Assembly: GCA_963795855.1 (NCBI GenBank)
Contig: CAWCIZ010000003.1
Coordinates: 672,001-736,000, forward strand
From: Vulcanimicrobiota bacterium
GTDB taxonomy: Bacteria; Vulcanimicrobiota; Vulcanimicrobiia; Vulcanimicrobiales; Vulcanimicrobiaceae
Length of the DNA: 64,000 nucleotides
Direction: 5' to 3'
Position numbers and translations under genes: made by a program
Part shown: positions 19,266 to 33,337 of the stretch, piece by piece
Numbering within the stretch: the first letter of the stretch is position 1
How the letters are laid out: the number at the start of each line of letters is the position of its first letter
The notes under the pieces: model-generated
The model's input: the letters and a program-made list of their open reading frames with translations, nothing else
Told to the model about the DNA's origin: nothing
Database searches by the model: none

Positions 19266-19283
19266 CTCGAAAGGCGCCAGCCC

Positions 19284-21330
19284 GTGAACCGGATCGATCC
19301 TCGAACGCGCTTTGCCGCGTTCTTGCTTTTGCTGGCGCTCGTCGCGTGCGCTTTTCGTTGCCGTCAGCCGCGTGCGCATCGAGCAGCAAACGCGCCGCGT
19401 CGAGATCGCGATGGACTACAACGATTTCCTCGCGTTCGCGCGATCGTACAACTATAATCCGGCCGCGTTTCTGGTCGAACTGCGCCGCGCAGGCTTGACC
19501 TCGCTGGCGCTGACCGAAGAACTGGGCGGCTCGCTCACGGGCTCGACCAGCAGCGATGCATACCGCCATCTCCGGCCTCGGCCTGCTCGACTCCGGCGCG
19601 CTTAGCGCCGGTTGCCGAATCCGACGCTCGCTGCACTGGTTCGCGAGCACGCGTGCGCCCCGGCGCCGTTTATCTGCTCGTGTACGACAAACCGACGTTC
19701 GAGCGGTACATGCGGCAGTTGCCGCTGCATTTCGAGCGCTCGAGCATTCGCGTGCTGCACGCGATCGGCGCCATACGTGATCGCGATTGCGCACGCAAAT
19801 CGATTACTTCAACACGAGCACGCTCGGCATTCCGGCCGATCAGATCGCGCTCGCGCGCAGACTCGGCTTCTTCATCATTCCGCGCTTTCAGAACGACGAG
19901 CGCCTGCAGGACGGGCAGATCGCCGCGATGTTCGACGACGTGCACGCCGGCAAATGGGTTTCGACCGTCATTTTTTTCGGGCTGCGCAACCAGGTGCTCG
20001 GATTTCCCGATCACGTGCGGGACACCGCCGCGGTGTTCAAAACGCACAAGTCCGTCGAACTATCGGCGAGATCGAAACCTACGACGCGAGCCAAGTGCAG
20101 AAGGGTAACGTCGAACTCGCGCGGCTCGATTCCCGGGCGCACCGTTCGCGTGCAAGCGATCGGCAAAGTCGAACTGGACAAACTGACCGTCCCGGAGATC
20201 GTCGCGCGATACGAATTGGGCGTGCGCGAGCGAAACGTGCGCGTCGTCTATCTGCGCCCGTTCCCGCACGAATACAACGGCCTTTCGATCGAACAGACCA
20301 ACGTCGAGATGGTTCGCCAGATCGCGACCGATCTGCGCGAGCACGGCTTCCGGCTCGGGCGCGCCACGCCGATTCCGCTCTATCGCGGCAACAACGCGCA
20401 TTCGCAGTCGGCATCGCTGCACTTGCCGTTCCGTCGATCTTCGTGCTGCTGCTCGGCTGGTACGGCTGGTACCGTCCGTCGTGGGCGATCGCTGCGTACG
20501 CGCTGACGATCGCAGTGTACGTCGGCGGCTACGTCGTCGCATCACGATCTGCTCGGCCGCTCGATCATCGCGCTTGCCGGAGCGCTGCTCTTTGCGACCG
20601 CGGCGTTCACCGTGCTCGGTCCGGCGTTTTACGAAGAGCCGACGCCGCGCATGGGCGCGCAGATCGTGCGCAGTCTGCGCTGGACGCTGATTGCAACGGG
20701 CGTCGCGCTGCTCGGCGCGCTCGTCGTCGTCGGCATCATGAGCTCGCCGCTGATGATGGAAGAAGTCGAAGCGTTCCGCGGCGTGAAGCTCGTTCTGGCG
20801 CTGCCGCCGCTCATCGCGCTTGCGCTGTACCTCTTTACCGATCGCTTCGACTCGGGCATCGCGCAGTCCGCGCGAAGCGTTCGCCGCGCCGATCCGCATC
20901 TATCAGCTGCTGCTGGCGTGCGTCGTGCTCGGCGGCGGCGCGCTGGTGCTCGTGCGCAGCGGCAACCAAAGCGACATCGCGCCCTCCGCACTTCGAACTG
21001 TCGCTGCGCCATCACCTCACCGCGCTGCTCAGCGTGCGCCCGCGCTTCAAAGAGTTCGTCATCGGCTTTCCGTGCATGATGCTGCTGCCGGCGCTGCGCC
21101 GGCGCGATCGGCGCGCCGTGGGCATTCTGCTCGTCGCTTGGCATCGGCATCGGCATCGGCGACGTCATCGACACGTTCTCGCATCTGCACACGCCGCTGC
21201 TGATCTCGATCATGCGCGTGTTCAACGGCCTGGTGCTCGGCGTCGATCATCGGCGCGATCGTCATCGCGCTCTACCGCCGTTCGCGCGTCCGCGGCGTCG
21301 TGCCGAGTCACGTTCGCAAAGTCGGGCGAC
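19284..21330 (+). CDS. DUF5693 family membrane protein (multiple frameshifts; end approximate)
   Basis: RVRIEQQTRRVEIAMDY, GVRERNVRVVYLRP, FRGVKLVLALPP, VRPRFKEFVIGFP, DTFSHLHTP fragments across frames. Confidence 0.8.
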
Positions 21331-22450
21331 GTGCGCGTTCCTGCTCTCGCGGCTACTACGGATTCGGAAACCTGGGCGATGAGGCGCTGCTCGAAGTAAT
21401 CGTCTCGCAACTCAAGACGCGCTATCCGTACGCGCGAAATCGACGTGCTTTCCGCAACACCCGGAGCAGACGGCGCACGATCTGCGCGTCGAAGCAACGC
21501 CGCGCTGGGACGCGAAAGCCGTCCGCCGCGCGATCGATCGCGCCGACGTCGTGCTCTCCGGCGGCGGCGGTTTGCTGCAGAATGCGACCAGCCTGCGCAG
21601 CCTGATCTATTATGCCGGCATCATTCGCGCCGCCGGCGCGCGCGAACCGCAAAGCGATGATCTTCGCGCAGTCGATCGGCCCGCTCGACTTTTGGGGCAC
21701 GCGCGCTCGTCAAAGATTGGTGCAAAGGCGTCGCCGCGGCGACCGTGCGCGACGCGCGCTCCACGCAGTTGCTGGCGTCGCTTCTGCCCGCCGGTACGCG
21801 CGTGGAACAAACCGCCGATCCGGTGTTTCTGTACGACGCGCCGGAAGAAGACTCGATCTCTCAGCCGAAGGTCTCGGTCCGCAAAGCGATCCGCTCGTCG
21901 TCGTCAGCGTGCGCAAAGCGACCGGCATGAAGGACCGCCTCGACGTCGTCGCCCGCGCCGTCGACCGGCTTGCGCAAGTGCACGGCGCGCGCGTGGCATT
22001 TCTGCCGCTCGGCGGCGCGCCGGATGCGGAAGTCTCGACGCTGGTCATTCGCAAATGCAAGACGCGCGCCGGTGCTGCTGCCGGAATGCTCGCTCGCAGC
22101 GCGCGGCCAACATCATTCGCCGCGCCGACGCCGTCGTCGGCATGCGTTTGCACGCGCTGATACTCGCCGCGCGCTACGCCGTGCCGTTTCTGGCGATTCC
22201 GTACGATCCGAAGGTGGCGGCGCTGTGCGAAGATCTGGCGTATCCGCTGCCGCCGCTTTTCACGCTCGACCCGCCCGGCCCGAAGCCGCGAACCGGAGCG
22301 ATCGATGCGCTGGTCGACCGGTTGTGGACGCGAGCGCGACGCGCTTGTCCGCGCACTTGAGCGCGCGCGGCGAGCGCCTGCGCGCGCTCGCGCTGCGCGA
22401 AATTTCGAGGTCTTGCGACGCAGCTGCTCGCGCGAAAAGCCGTCGTCCCC

Positions 22451-22454
<4 letters not shown>
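21331..22454 (+). CDS. csaB: Polysaccharide pyruvyl transferase (frameshifted; ends approximate)
   Basis: GYYGFGNLGDEA, SGGGGLLQNATS.RSL.YY, AQSIGPL, GMRLHALILA, YDPKV. Confidence 0.88.
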
Positions 22455-25243
<2,789 letters not shown>

Positions 25244-25516
25244 TCAGCGCCGGCGCGGACGCTTGGGCGGCCTGTCGGATGCGCGAATGACGGTGAGCGG
25301 CTTTCCGTCGATTTCGAAAAGATTGAAGGCTTTGATCGCCGCGTCGGCCGACGGTTCGTCTGTGACGTTGACGTACGCATAGCCCTTCTTGCGGCGGCTG
25401 CGGCGATCGCGCGGAAACGTCACGTCCGCATCGCATGCGCCGAACTGCCGAAAGAGCGCGAGCAGGTCGTCCTTGGTCGCTTCACGCGGATACCCCGCGA
25501 CGAACAATCGAATCAT
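25244..25516 (-). CDS. RRM RNA-binding protein
   Basis: RNP2-like LFVAGY, RNP1 [12 protein letters not shown] overlap with the tgt stop. Confidence 0.85.
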   Translation of the reverse strand: MIRLFVAGYPREATKDDLLALFRQFGACDADVTFPRDRRSRRKKGYAYVNVTDEPSADAAIKAFNLFEIDGKPLTVIRASDRPPKRPRRR

Positions 25517-26623
25517 GTACGGGCTTCTCCCAGAACGCTATCGCGAAACGCCGGCCACGCACCTGCTTCGATGGCTTCGCGCGCCTCACGCATCAGCGCG
25601 TTCAGCACGTAAACGTTGTGATATGACAAGAGCCGCGGACCGAGCATTTCTGCGGATCTGAACAGATGCGCCAGATACGCGCGCGAGTAGGTCGTACAAA
25701 CGTAACAGCCGCACTGCCGAATCGACCGGCGTGAAGTCCCGCGTATACGCCGCGTTTCGAATCGCAAATTCGCCCTGCCGCGTCATGGCGCGGCCGTTGC
25801 GGCCGCAGCGCGTGGGATACACGCAGTCGAACATGTCGATTCCGCAATCGACCGCCATGAGCACATCCCGCACAGTGCCGACACCCATGAGGTAGCGCGG
25901 TTTGTCTTCAGGCAGCAGCGAGGCCGAAAGCCGCGCGAAACGATACATTTCCTCGCGCGTTTCGCCGACGGAGAGACCGCCGATCGCATACCCGGGCAGG
26001 CCGAGATCGACGATCGATTCTGCGCTGCGCTCGCGCGCGGCTTCGTCGAGGCCGCCTTGCATGATTGCGAAGAGCGCGGTGCGATCCGGTTGCGCTCGTG
26101 CCGCTGCGCTTCTCCTCGCCCACTCCGCCGACAGACGCACCGATCGATCGACCGCTTCGGCAGAAGCGGGAAGTTTCACGCACACGTCGAGCTGCATCGC
26201 GACGTCCACGCCGATCGTTTCCTGAAACGCGAGCACGTTTTCAGGCGTGAAGCGATGGGCGCTGCCGTCCAAATGCGAGGCAAACGTAACGCCGTCGTCG
26301 TCCAGCGTCCGCCGGGACTCCAAACTGAAGACCTGAAATCCGCCGCTGTCGGTGAGAATCGGGCCGTGCCACTGCATGAAGTCGTGCAGGCCGCCCGCTT
26401 CGACCAGCAAATGCAATCCCGGGCGCAGCCAAAGGTGATATGTGTTCGCCAAAATGATCTGCGAATGAGCGCTGCGCACTTCGTCCGGCGTCAAGCCCTT
26501 CACCGTTCCCGCCGTCCCAACCGGCATGAAGGTCGGCGTTTCGACGTTTCCGTGCGTGAGTCGCAGCGTGCCGCGCCGCGCGCTCTCGCTCGTGTTGTGA
26601 AGCGTGAAGATCGAATCGGTCAC
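25513..26623 (-). CDS. tgt: tRNA-guanine transglycosylase (one frameshift near 25715)
   Basis: [53 protein letters not shown]. Confidence 0.95.
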
Positions 26624-27520
26624 ACCGCGCCGCCGCGCAAAAGCGCTTTCGCGGCCGCGTATTCGGGCGGCGGTTCCGACTGGAATTCCATGTCGCGTCC
26701 GCTGCGCGGATGCCGGAACGACAGGCGCCACGCGTGCAGCGCTTGGCCGGGAAGATCGAAGCGCGGATCGGTTTTACCGTAGATCGGATCGTTGACGAGC
26801 GGATGGCCGAGTGCCGCCATGTGCACGCGGATCTGATGCGTTCGCCCCGTTTCCAACCGAAAGAGCACTTCGGCAGTATTTTTCAAACGTTCGCGTACTT
26901 CGTAATGCGTGACGGCGGGTTTTCCGTCCGCCGTAATTGCGTAGCGCAAACGGTTTTGCGGATCGCGGCCGATCTGCGCCGTCGATCGTGCCTTTGGCGT
27001 GTATCGGGATGCCGGCCGCAAGCCCAAGATATTCGCGCGAAATATAGCGCGCTTTCATCGCTTTGCCGAGCGCGCTGAGCGCCGCATCGGTCTTTGCGAC
27101 GACGAGCAAGCCCGACGTGTCGCGGTCGAGCCGGTGAACCAGCCCGGCCCGCACCGCTTCGCCCGGAAGCGATGCGACGTGAGCAAGCAGCGCGTTTACC
27201 AGCGTGCCGCTGGTCGCGCCGTGCGCCGGGTGCGTCACCATGCCCGCCGGCTTGTCGACGACGAGCACGTCGTCATCCTCGAAGACTATCGTGAGATCGA
27301 TCGCTTCAGGATCCACCGCGAGCGGCGGCCTTTCGATGAGATGCGCTTCCAGCACGTCTCCTTCGGCGACCAAATGGCTGCCCTTCACGGCTGCGCCGTT
27401 CACGCGCACGTCGCCGCGGCGCACCGCTTCCGCAACGAGCGACCTGGAAAAGCCGGTGTGGTGCGCGATGAGGACGTCGGCGCGTTTCCCGGCTTCGTCA
27501 GGCGTGACGACGACGTGCAA
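26620..27520 (-). CDS. rluD: RluA/RluD family pseudouridine synthase (frameshift near 26980)
   Basis: S4 domain, VDKPAGMVTHP, VHRLDRDTSG, LETGRTHQIRVH, QALHAWRL. Confidence 0.9.
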
Positions 27521-27952
27521 GGCTCGCGAGGATGAGAAGGATGACGCCGATCGTGATGCACGCGTCGGCGACGTTGAAAATGTTGGGCCAGATCCGATAG
27601 AAATCCACGAAATCGACGACGTAGCGGTAATGCACGCGATCGAGAATGTTGCCGATCGCGCCGCCGAGGATCATGCCGAAGGCGATGCGCACGAGCAGCG
27701 AATGCCGCGCTTGATCGCGGAACGAGTACCAAAAGATCAGCAGCACGATCAGTGCCATGAGGATTAGCAAAAACGGCGACGAGCCGAATAAGCCGAACGC
27801 TCCGTGCTCGTTCTGTTCGTACGTCCACTTCAAAAGATGCGGGATCACGAAACGGCTTTCGCCCGGCAGAAAATGCGCCGCAATCAGATGCTTCGTGTAC
27901 TGATCGAGCGCGACGACGATCGCCGCTACTCCGAAAAGTTGGACGGCCTCAA
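27498..27952 (-). CDS. lspA: Lipoprotein signal peptidase II (start approximate)
   Basis: LDQYTK, NEHGAFG, GGAIGNILDR, VVDF, FNVADACITIG. Confidence 0.92.
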
Positions 27953-28689
27953 AGCTTCGGCTGCGGGACAAATTGATAGAACCAGCCGGCGATTCGTAAG
28001 AACGAGTTGGTAACAAGAACGACTCCCGTTGCGATCATGAAGGCTCCCGCGGCAAATTCGATCGCCGGCAAGAAGCGCTTGATTCGATTCAGCGCGGGCA
28101 GAACCGCGCCAATTGCGAGGGCCGTTACCAGGAACGGCACGGCCAAGCCCATGGAATAGACGAAAAGCAGCCACGCTCCCTGCCAAACGCCGTTCGCCTG
28201 CGAAGCGAGCGCGAGAATAGCGGCAAGAATGGGGCCGATGCAAGGCGACCAGCCGGCGGCGAACGCGAGGCCGACGATAACCGAGGCGACGAGCGACCGT
28301 TGGCCGGTCTGTACCTGCACGCGCGTGTCCCGAGCAAGCAGCCGCCACCGGAGCACGCCCATCATCTGCAGCCCCAGCACGATGACGATGACACCGCCGA
28401 TGCGCGAAATCAGCACCTGATTCTCGCGCAGCGCTCCGCCGATCGCGCTCGCTGAAGCGCCGAGTGCGACGAAAACGAGTGTAAATCCGGCGATGAAAGC
28501 GACGGCGTGCGCGACCACGCGCGCGCGGGCGTCCGCAGTGAGCGCGCCGCGCAGTTCTTCCACGCTCGAACCCGTGAGGAACGATAGGTACGCCGGAACC
28601 AGCGGGAGGACGCAGGGAGAGACAAAGGAAACGAGCCCCGCCAGGAAGGCGATCCCGACGGTGAGGTGCGCACTGGCCACACCGCTCAT
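27949..28689 (-). CDS. ccdA: Cytochrome c biogenesis thiol-disulfide transporter
   Basis: SFVSPCVLPLVPAYL and GWSPCIGPIL motifs. Confidence 0.92.
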   Translation of the reverse strand: MSGVASAHLTVGIAFLAGLVSFVSPCVLPLVPAYLSFLTGSSVEELRGALTADARARVVAHAVAFIAGFTLVFVALGASASAIGGALRENQVLISRIGGVIVIVLGLQMMGVLRWRLLARDTRVQVQTGQRSLVASVIVGLAFAAGWSPCIGPILAAILALASQANGVWQGAWLLFVYSMGLAVPFLVTALAIGAVLPALNRIKRFLPAIEFAAGAFMIATGVVLVTNSFLRIAGWFYQFVPQPKL

Positions 28690-28733
28690 TTAGACGGTGC
28701 CTCGCGTTGTCATGCCTGCCCCCGAAAGTGCTT

Positions 28734-29603
28734 ATGCAACAGTGGTTTACCTACCCTAACATTAACCCCATCGCGATTCATTTGGGTCCGATCAGCGTTC
28801 ATTGGTACGGCATTTCGTATTTGGTCGGATTCATTGCGGTCTACTTTTGGATGAGCCGTCCCGCGGGGCGCCGGCGCTTGGGTCTGACTCGCGAAGAGAT
28901 TCAAGATTTTCTCGTTTACGCGCTCGTCGGGGTGCTGGTGGGCGGCCGCACGTTCTTCGTGATCAACGACATGATCAGCAAGCACGACGCGGGCAGTTAC
29001 TTCCAAAATCCGATCAATTTCATCGCGGTTTGGAACGGCGGTATGGCGTTTCACGGCGGCCTCGTCGGCGTCATCATCGCGATCTTTCTGTTTTTGCGCA
29101 AGCATCCGGGGCTGACGTACAAGGTGCTCGGCGACGAAGTCGTGGTGCTTCTTCCCGTCGGCATCACGCTTACGCGTCTGGTAAATTTCATCAACGACGA
29201 GCTGTGGGGCGACATCTGTCGCCCAAACCACCCGTGGTGCATGGTGCCCGGAAACACTTCGGATTGGGGTTACGCGCCGCGTCATCCCTCGCAACTGTAC
29301 GAAGCGATCCTCGACGCGCTCACACTGCCGATCGTGCTCTTCATCTATAAGAAACGTCCGCCGGACGGCGTCGTCGGGTGGTCGTGGTTCACGATCTACG
29401 GCATCACGCGTTCGATCGCCGAAACGTGGCGGCATGCGGACTTCATGTGGCACGGAATCACCGGCGGGCAACTCTACGCGCTGCCGATGATTCCCATCGG
29501 TCTCGCCGGCGTGTATTTTTGCTGGCGTTCGCGCATCCGAACCGAGGACCGAACGGCTTGCGAGCCGGGCGCGAAGGCGCCGGTGAAGACGTCGACGACG
29601 TGA
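28734..29603 (+). CDS. lgt: Prolipoprotein diacylglyceryl transferase
   Basis: HWYG, GGMAFHGGL, RLVNFINDELWG, RHPSQLYE. Confidence 0.95.
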   Translation: MQQWFTYPNINPIAIHLGPISVHWYGISYLVGFIAVYFWMSRPAGRRRLGLTREEIQDFLVYALVGVLVGGRTFFVINDMISKHDAGSYFQNPINFIAVWNGGMAFHGGLVGVIIAIFLFLRKHPGLTYKVLGDEVVVLLPVGITLTRLVNFINDELWGDICRPNHPWCMVPGNTSDWGYAPRHPSQLYEAILDALTLPIVLFIYKKRPPDGVVGWSWFTIYGITRSIAETWRHADFMWHGITGGQLYALPMIPIGLAGVYFCWRSRIRTEDRTACEPGAKAPVKTSTT

Positions 29604-30271
29604 GCGTCGCCGGGCGGTACGCCGAACTGCGTGCTGCGGTTCCGGCCGGCGTCACCATCGTCGCCGTCACGAAATTTCAGCCGCTCGAAGCGGTGCGGGA
29701 AGCGCTGGAAGCGGGCGTTACCGACATCGGCGAAAATTACGTGCAGGAAGCGCGGCGCAAGTTCGAAGCGCTCCCGCCCGATTCCGCGCGCAAGCACTTT
29801 ATCGGTCACGTGCAGAGCAATAAGGCCCGCGCCATCGCCGCGGCCTTTGACGTCGTGCAAAGTGTCGATCGAGCCGACGCAGCGGCGGCGCTCGCAAAAG
29901 CGGCAGACGCCCTGCACAAGCGATTGCCCGTTCTGCTGCAGGTCAACGTCTGCGCGTCCGACCGTTTCGGCTGCCCGCCGCGGGCGTCGGAGCAGCTCGC
30001 GGACTTCATGCGTTCGCTCCCGTCGCTGGATCTGCAGGGCGTAATGGCGATCGGACCCATAACCGAGGACCGCTCGGAGATCGCCGCATCCTTCGACCTG
30101 GCCGCGAAGGTGTTCGGGCGCGTGGGCGGCACGACGCTTTCGCTCGGCATGTCCGGGGACTGGCCCGTCGCCGTTGCCGCCGGCTCGACGATGATTCGGG
30201 TCGGAAGCACTATTTTCGGACCAAGACCGGCGCGGCCGGTGTCGAAGAACGCCTTAACGCCCTCACCGTGA
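29600..30271 (+). CDS. yggS: PLP homeostasis protein
   Basis: VAVTK, IGENYVQE, HFIGHVQSNK, LSLGMSGD, GSTMIRVGSTIFG. Confidence 0.93.
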   Translation: MSVAGRYAELRAAVPAGVTIVAVTKFQPLEAVREALEAGVTDIGENYVQEARRKFEALPPDSARKHFIGHVQSNKARAIAAAFDVVQSVDRADAAAALAKAADALHKRLPVLLQVNVCASDRFGCPPRASEQLADFMRSLPSLDLQGVMAIGPITEDRSEIAASFDLAAKVFGRVGGTTLSLGMSGDWPVAVAAGSTMIRVGSTIFGPRPARPVSKNALTPSP

Positions 30272-30280
30272 GGTGGCCTA

Positions 30281-30700
30281 ATGAGTATGTTCAACAAAGT
30301 GCGCTCGTTTTTCTCGATGGATGACGACGCCGAGGAACTGTACGGGGAAGAACCCGGAGCATCGCGCAACGTGGTGCCGCTCGACCAGCGCGCCGCGCGC
30401 CGCGGCGGAACGGAAGTCAGCGTTTACGCCCCGCGCGCTTTCGCGGACGTGACCGAGATTGCGGACGCGTTGCGAAACCGCCAAGTCGTCATCGTCAATC
30501 TGCAGAACGCGGATCGTTCGCTGCTTCAGCGCGTCGTCGACTTCACGTCCGGCGTCGCGTACACCATCGACGGTAAAATCCAAAAACTCGCCGAGGCGAT
30601 TTACCTCATCGTTCCCGCAGGCATCATGGTCAACGCGCAAGGTCTGCGAGATTCTATGAGCGCGGACGGCTCGCTCGATTTTCTTTCGAACAGAGGGTAG
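30281..30700 (+). CDS. sepF: Cell division protein SepF
   Basis: VIVNL..RVVDFTSGVAYTIDGKIQK; yggS-sepF-divIVA synteny. Confidence 0.93.
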   Translation: MSMFNKVRSFFSMDDDAEELYGEEPGASRNVVPLDQRAARRGGTEVSVYAPRAFADVTEIADALRNRQVVIVNLQNADRSLLQRVVDFTSGVAYTIDGKIQKLAEAIYLIVPAGIMVNAQGLRDSMSADGSLDFLSNRG

Positions 30701-30703
30701 CCC

Positions 30704-31220
30704 ATGCAGAAGATCACGCCTATCGACATTCAGCACAAAACTTTCAAGAAGGCGCTGCAGGGCTACGATCGCGCGGAAGTCGATCAGTTCCTTGACGAGC
30801 TGATCGAAACGCTCGAAGACGACGCGCAGCACATCGCGGCGCTTCAAGCGGAAATCAACGATCTCAAGGAACGCATCAGTCATTTCAAAGCGATGGAAGA
30901 ATCGCTGCAGAATACGCTCGTGCTCGCGCAGCGTACGGCGGACGAAGTGAAGGCGTCCGCGCACAAGGAAGCGGACCTCATCAAAGAACGGGCGCGCATC
31001 GCGGCGGAGCGTGAAATTTCCACGTTCACCGACGCCGCCGCCGATGCGCGGCGCGAACATCAACGTGCGACAGAAGACTGCGGAAAAGGCGCGCAGCGAA
31101 CTGCGCAGTTTGCTGATGACGCATCTCTCGCTGCTCGATAAAACGCTGACGCCGGGAACGGCGCTCCGGTGCGCGAGGAGACGACGCACAGAGAAGAATT
31201 CCCCGCAACCACGGACCTAG
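30704..31220 (+). CDS. divIVA: DivIVA domain protein (frameshift near 31070; end approximate)
   Basis: ITPIDIQHKTFKKALQGYDRAEVDQFLD plus coiled coil. Confidence 0.9.
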
Positions 31221-31267
31221 CGGACACGAACCGGATTACGGTGTACTAGACGCGAACGCCCGGCATC

Positions 31268-32341
31268 ATGCCGACGATCGCAGTTTTGCCCGGTGACGGC
31301 ATCGGGCCTGAAGTCACGCGCGCCGCGGTGCGCGTGCTCCACACGGTGCGGCCCGACTTGGACTGCCTGGAAACGCCCATCGGCGGCGACGCGTTGCAAG
31401 CCGGGAAACCCGCGCTTCCCGACGACGCGCGTCGACTCTGCGAGCGCAGCGCCGGCATTCTCTTCGGTGCGGTCGGCTTGCCGGAATACGACGGCAAACC
31501 GCTCGCGGAGCGGCCCGAGTACGCGCTTTTCATCTTGCGCCGCGATTTCGAACTCTATGCGAACGTGCGCCCGGTTCGCGTATTTTCCGGTTTGGAAGAA
31601 GCCTCGTCGCTGTTGCCGCAGCTGGTCAAGGGCTTGGATCTGGTCGTCGTGCGGGAATTGACCGGCGGCATCTACTTCGGCAAACCGAAAGAGCAGCGCA
31701 CCGGCGAAGGCGGCGTTGAAGAAGCCGTCGATACGATGATTTACCGCGCCCCCGAAATCGAACGGATCACGCGCGTCGCCTTCGAACTAGCCCGCAAACG
31801 GCGCAAGCGGCTGACGTCGATCGACAAGCAGAATATTTTGGAGACGTCGCGGCTTTGGCGGCGCGTCGTGGATCGCATCGCGCCAGAGTATCCGGACGTG
31901 CAACTGGAACATTTGCTGGTCGACAACGCGGCGATGCAACTCGTGCGCCGGCCTGCGGAGTTTGACGTTCTTCTCACCGAGAACATGTTCGGCGATATCC
32001 TTTCGGACGAGGCCGCTATTCTGACCGGATCCATCGGCAATCTGCCGAGCGCGAGTTTGGGTACACAGATGACCGAATTCGGCCAATTCGGTTTGTACGA
32101 ACCGATCAGCGGATCCGCTCCCGACATAGCGGGACGAGGCATCGCGAACCCGACCGCCGCGATTCTTTCGGCAGCGATGCTGCTTCGGCACAGCTTGCGC
32201 GATGAGGCGGGTGCGCACCGGATCGAAAAAGCGGTCGAAAGCGCGTTCGCACAGGGCGCTCGTACGCGCGAGCTCGCGCCCGCAGGAAAGGATTTTCTCT
32301 ACACGCAGCAATTCACGGACGTGGTCATCGCGCAACTATGA
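31268..32341 (+). CDS. leuB: 3-isopropylmalate dehydrogenase
   Basis: LPGDGIGPEV, VRELTGGIYFG, NMFGDILSDEA, GSAPDIAG.IANP. Confidence 0.95.
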   Translation: MPTIAVLPGDGIGPEVTRAAVRVLHTVRPDLDCLETPIGGDALQAGKPALPDDARRLCERSAGILFGAVGLPEYDGKPLAERPEYALFILRRDFELYANVRPVRVFSGLEEASSLLPQLVKGLDLVVVRELTGGIYFGKPKEQRTGEGGVEEAVDTMIYRAPEIERITRVAFELARKRRKRLTSIDKQNILETSRLWRRVVDRIAPEYPDVQLEHLLVDNAAMQLVRRPAEFDVLLTENMFGDILSDEAAILTGSIGNLPSASLGTQMTEFGQFGLYEPISGSAPDIAGRGIANPTAAILSAAMLLRHSLRDEAGAHRIEKAVESAFAQGARTRELAPAGKDFLYTQQFTDVVIAQL

Positions 32342-33330
32342 GAGACGCCGCGCTGCGTGCGCCGGTTCGGGCTGCGGCCGTCGGGATGTATGCGCCGCAG
32401 CGATTGATCACGAACGACGATCTTTCGAAAATCGTGGAGACGTCGGACGAGTGGATACTGCAGCGCACCGGCATTCGAACCAGGCATCGCGTGGCCGAAA
32501 ACGAATTCGCGAGCGACCTTGCGGTAAACGCCGTCGAAGATTTACTGCGCGCGAATCCGGAAGTCGACGTGCGGTCGATCGACTTCGTGCTCGTTTCTTC
32601 GACGACGCCGGACTACGTGTATCCGAGCATCGCCGCGATCCTGCAGGATCGCTTCGGAATGCTCAAGAGCACCGGTGCGCTCGACATCAGCGCTGCCTGC
32701 GCGGGATTTTGCTCGGCGCTCAATCTCGGCGCCGCGCTCATCGCATCCGGTCAGGCGCGCACCGTGCTGCTGATAGCAACGGAAGCATTGACGCGCTCCG
32801 TCGATTACACCGATCGTTCCACCTGCGTGCTTTTCGGCGACGGCGCCGCGGCGATGCTGATCGTGCGCGACGAGCGCTGCGCGCTTTCCGGAATGGATTC
32901 CGGCTCGGACGGCAGCGCGGGTCCGTCGCTGTACCGCACCGCCATGCGCGGCGACATCGGCGGCGTGCAGGACGGCAGCGGATTTCTTCGCCAAGTCGGC
33001 CGCGACGTGTACCGCTGGGTGCTCGAAAACATTCCGGCGACGATCGATCGCATTCTCGATCGATCCGGGATGAGCTTGTCGGACGTCGACTGGTTCGTGC
33101 CGCACAGCGCCAACATGCGCATGATCGAAGCTTTGTGCAAACGCATCGATTTTCCGCTCGAGCGAACGCTGACGAGCATCGCTGAGTACGGGAACACGTC
33201 TGCAGTCAGCATTCCGCTCGCGTTCATTCCCGCGGTTCGCGACGGCATTGTGAAAAGCGGCGACCGTTTGCTGCTGATCGGATTCGGAGGCGGATTGGTG
33301 AGTGCGGGGGCAGTGCTGACGTGGTTGTGA
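32338..33330 (+). CDS. fabH: 3-oxoacyl-ACP synthase III
   Basis: TSDEWI..RTGI, AACAGF, LFGDGA, PHSAN, GNTSA, GFGGGL. Confidence 0.93.
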   Translation: MRDAALRAPVRAAAVGMYAPQRLITNDDLSKIVETSDEWILQRTGIRTRHRVAENEFASDLAVNAVEDLLRANPEVDVRSIDFVLVSSTTPDYVYPSIAAILQDRFGMLKSTGALDISAACAGFCSALNLGAALIASGQARTVLLIATEALTRSVDYTDRSTCVLFGDGAAAMLIVRDERCALSGMDSGSDGSAGPSLYRTAMRGDIGGVQDGSGFLRQVGRDVYRWVLENIPATIDRILDRSGMSLSDVDWFVPHSANMRMIEALCKRIDFPLERTLTSIAEYGNTSAVSIPLAFIPAVRDGIVKSGDRLLLIGFGGGLVSAGAVLTWL

Positions 33331-33337
33331 AAACGTG

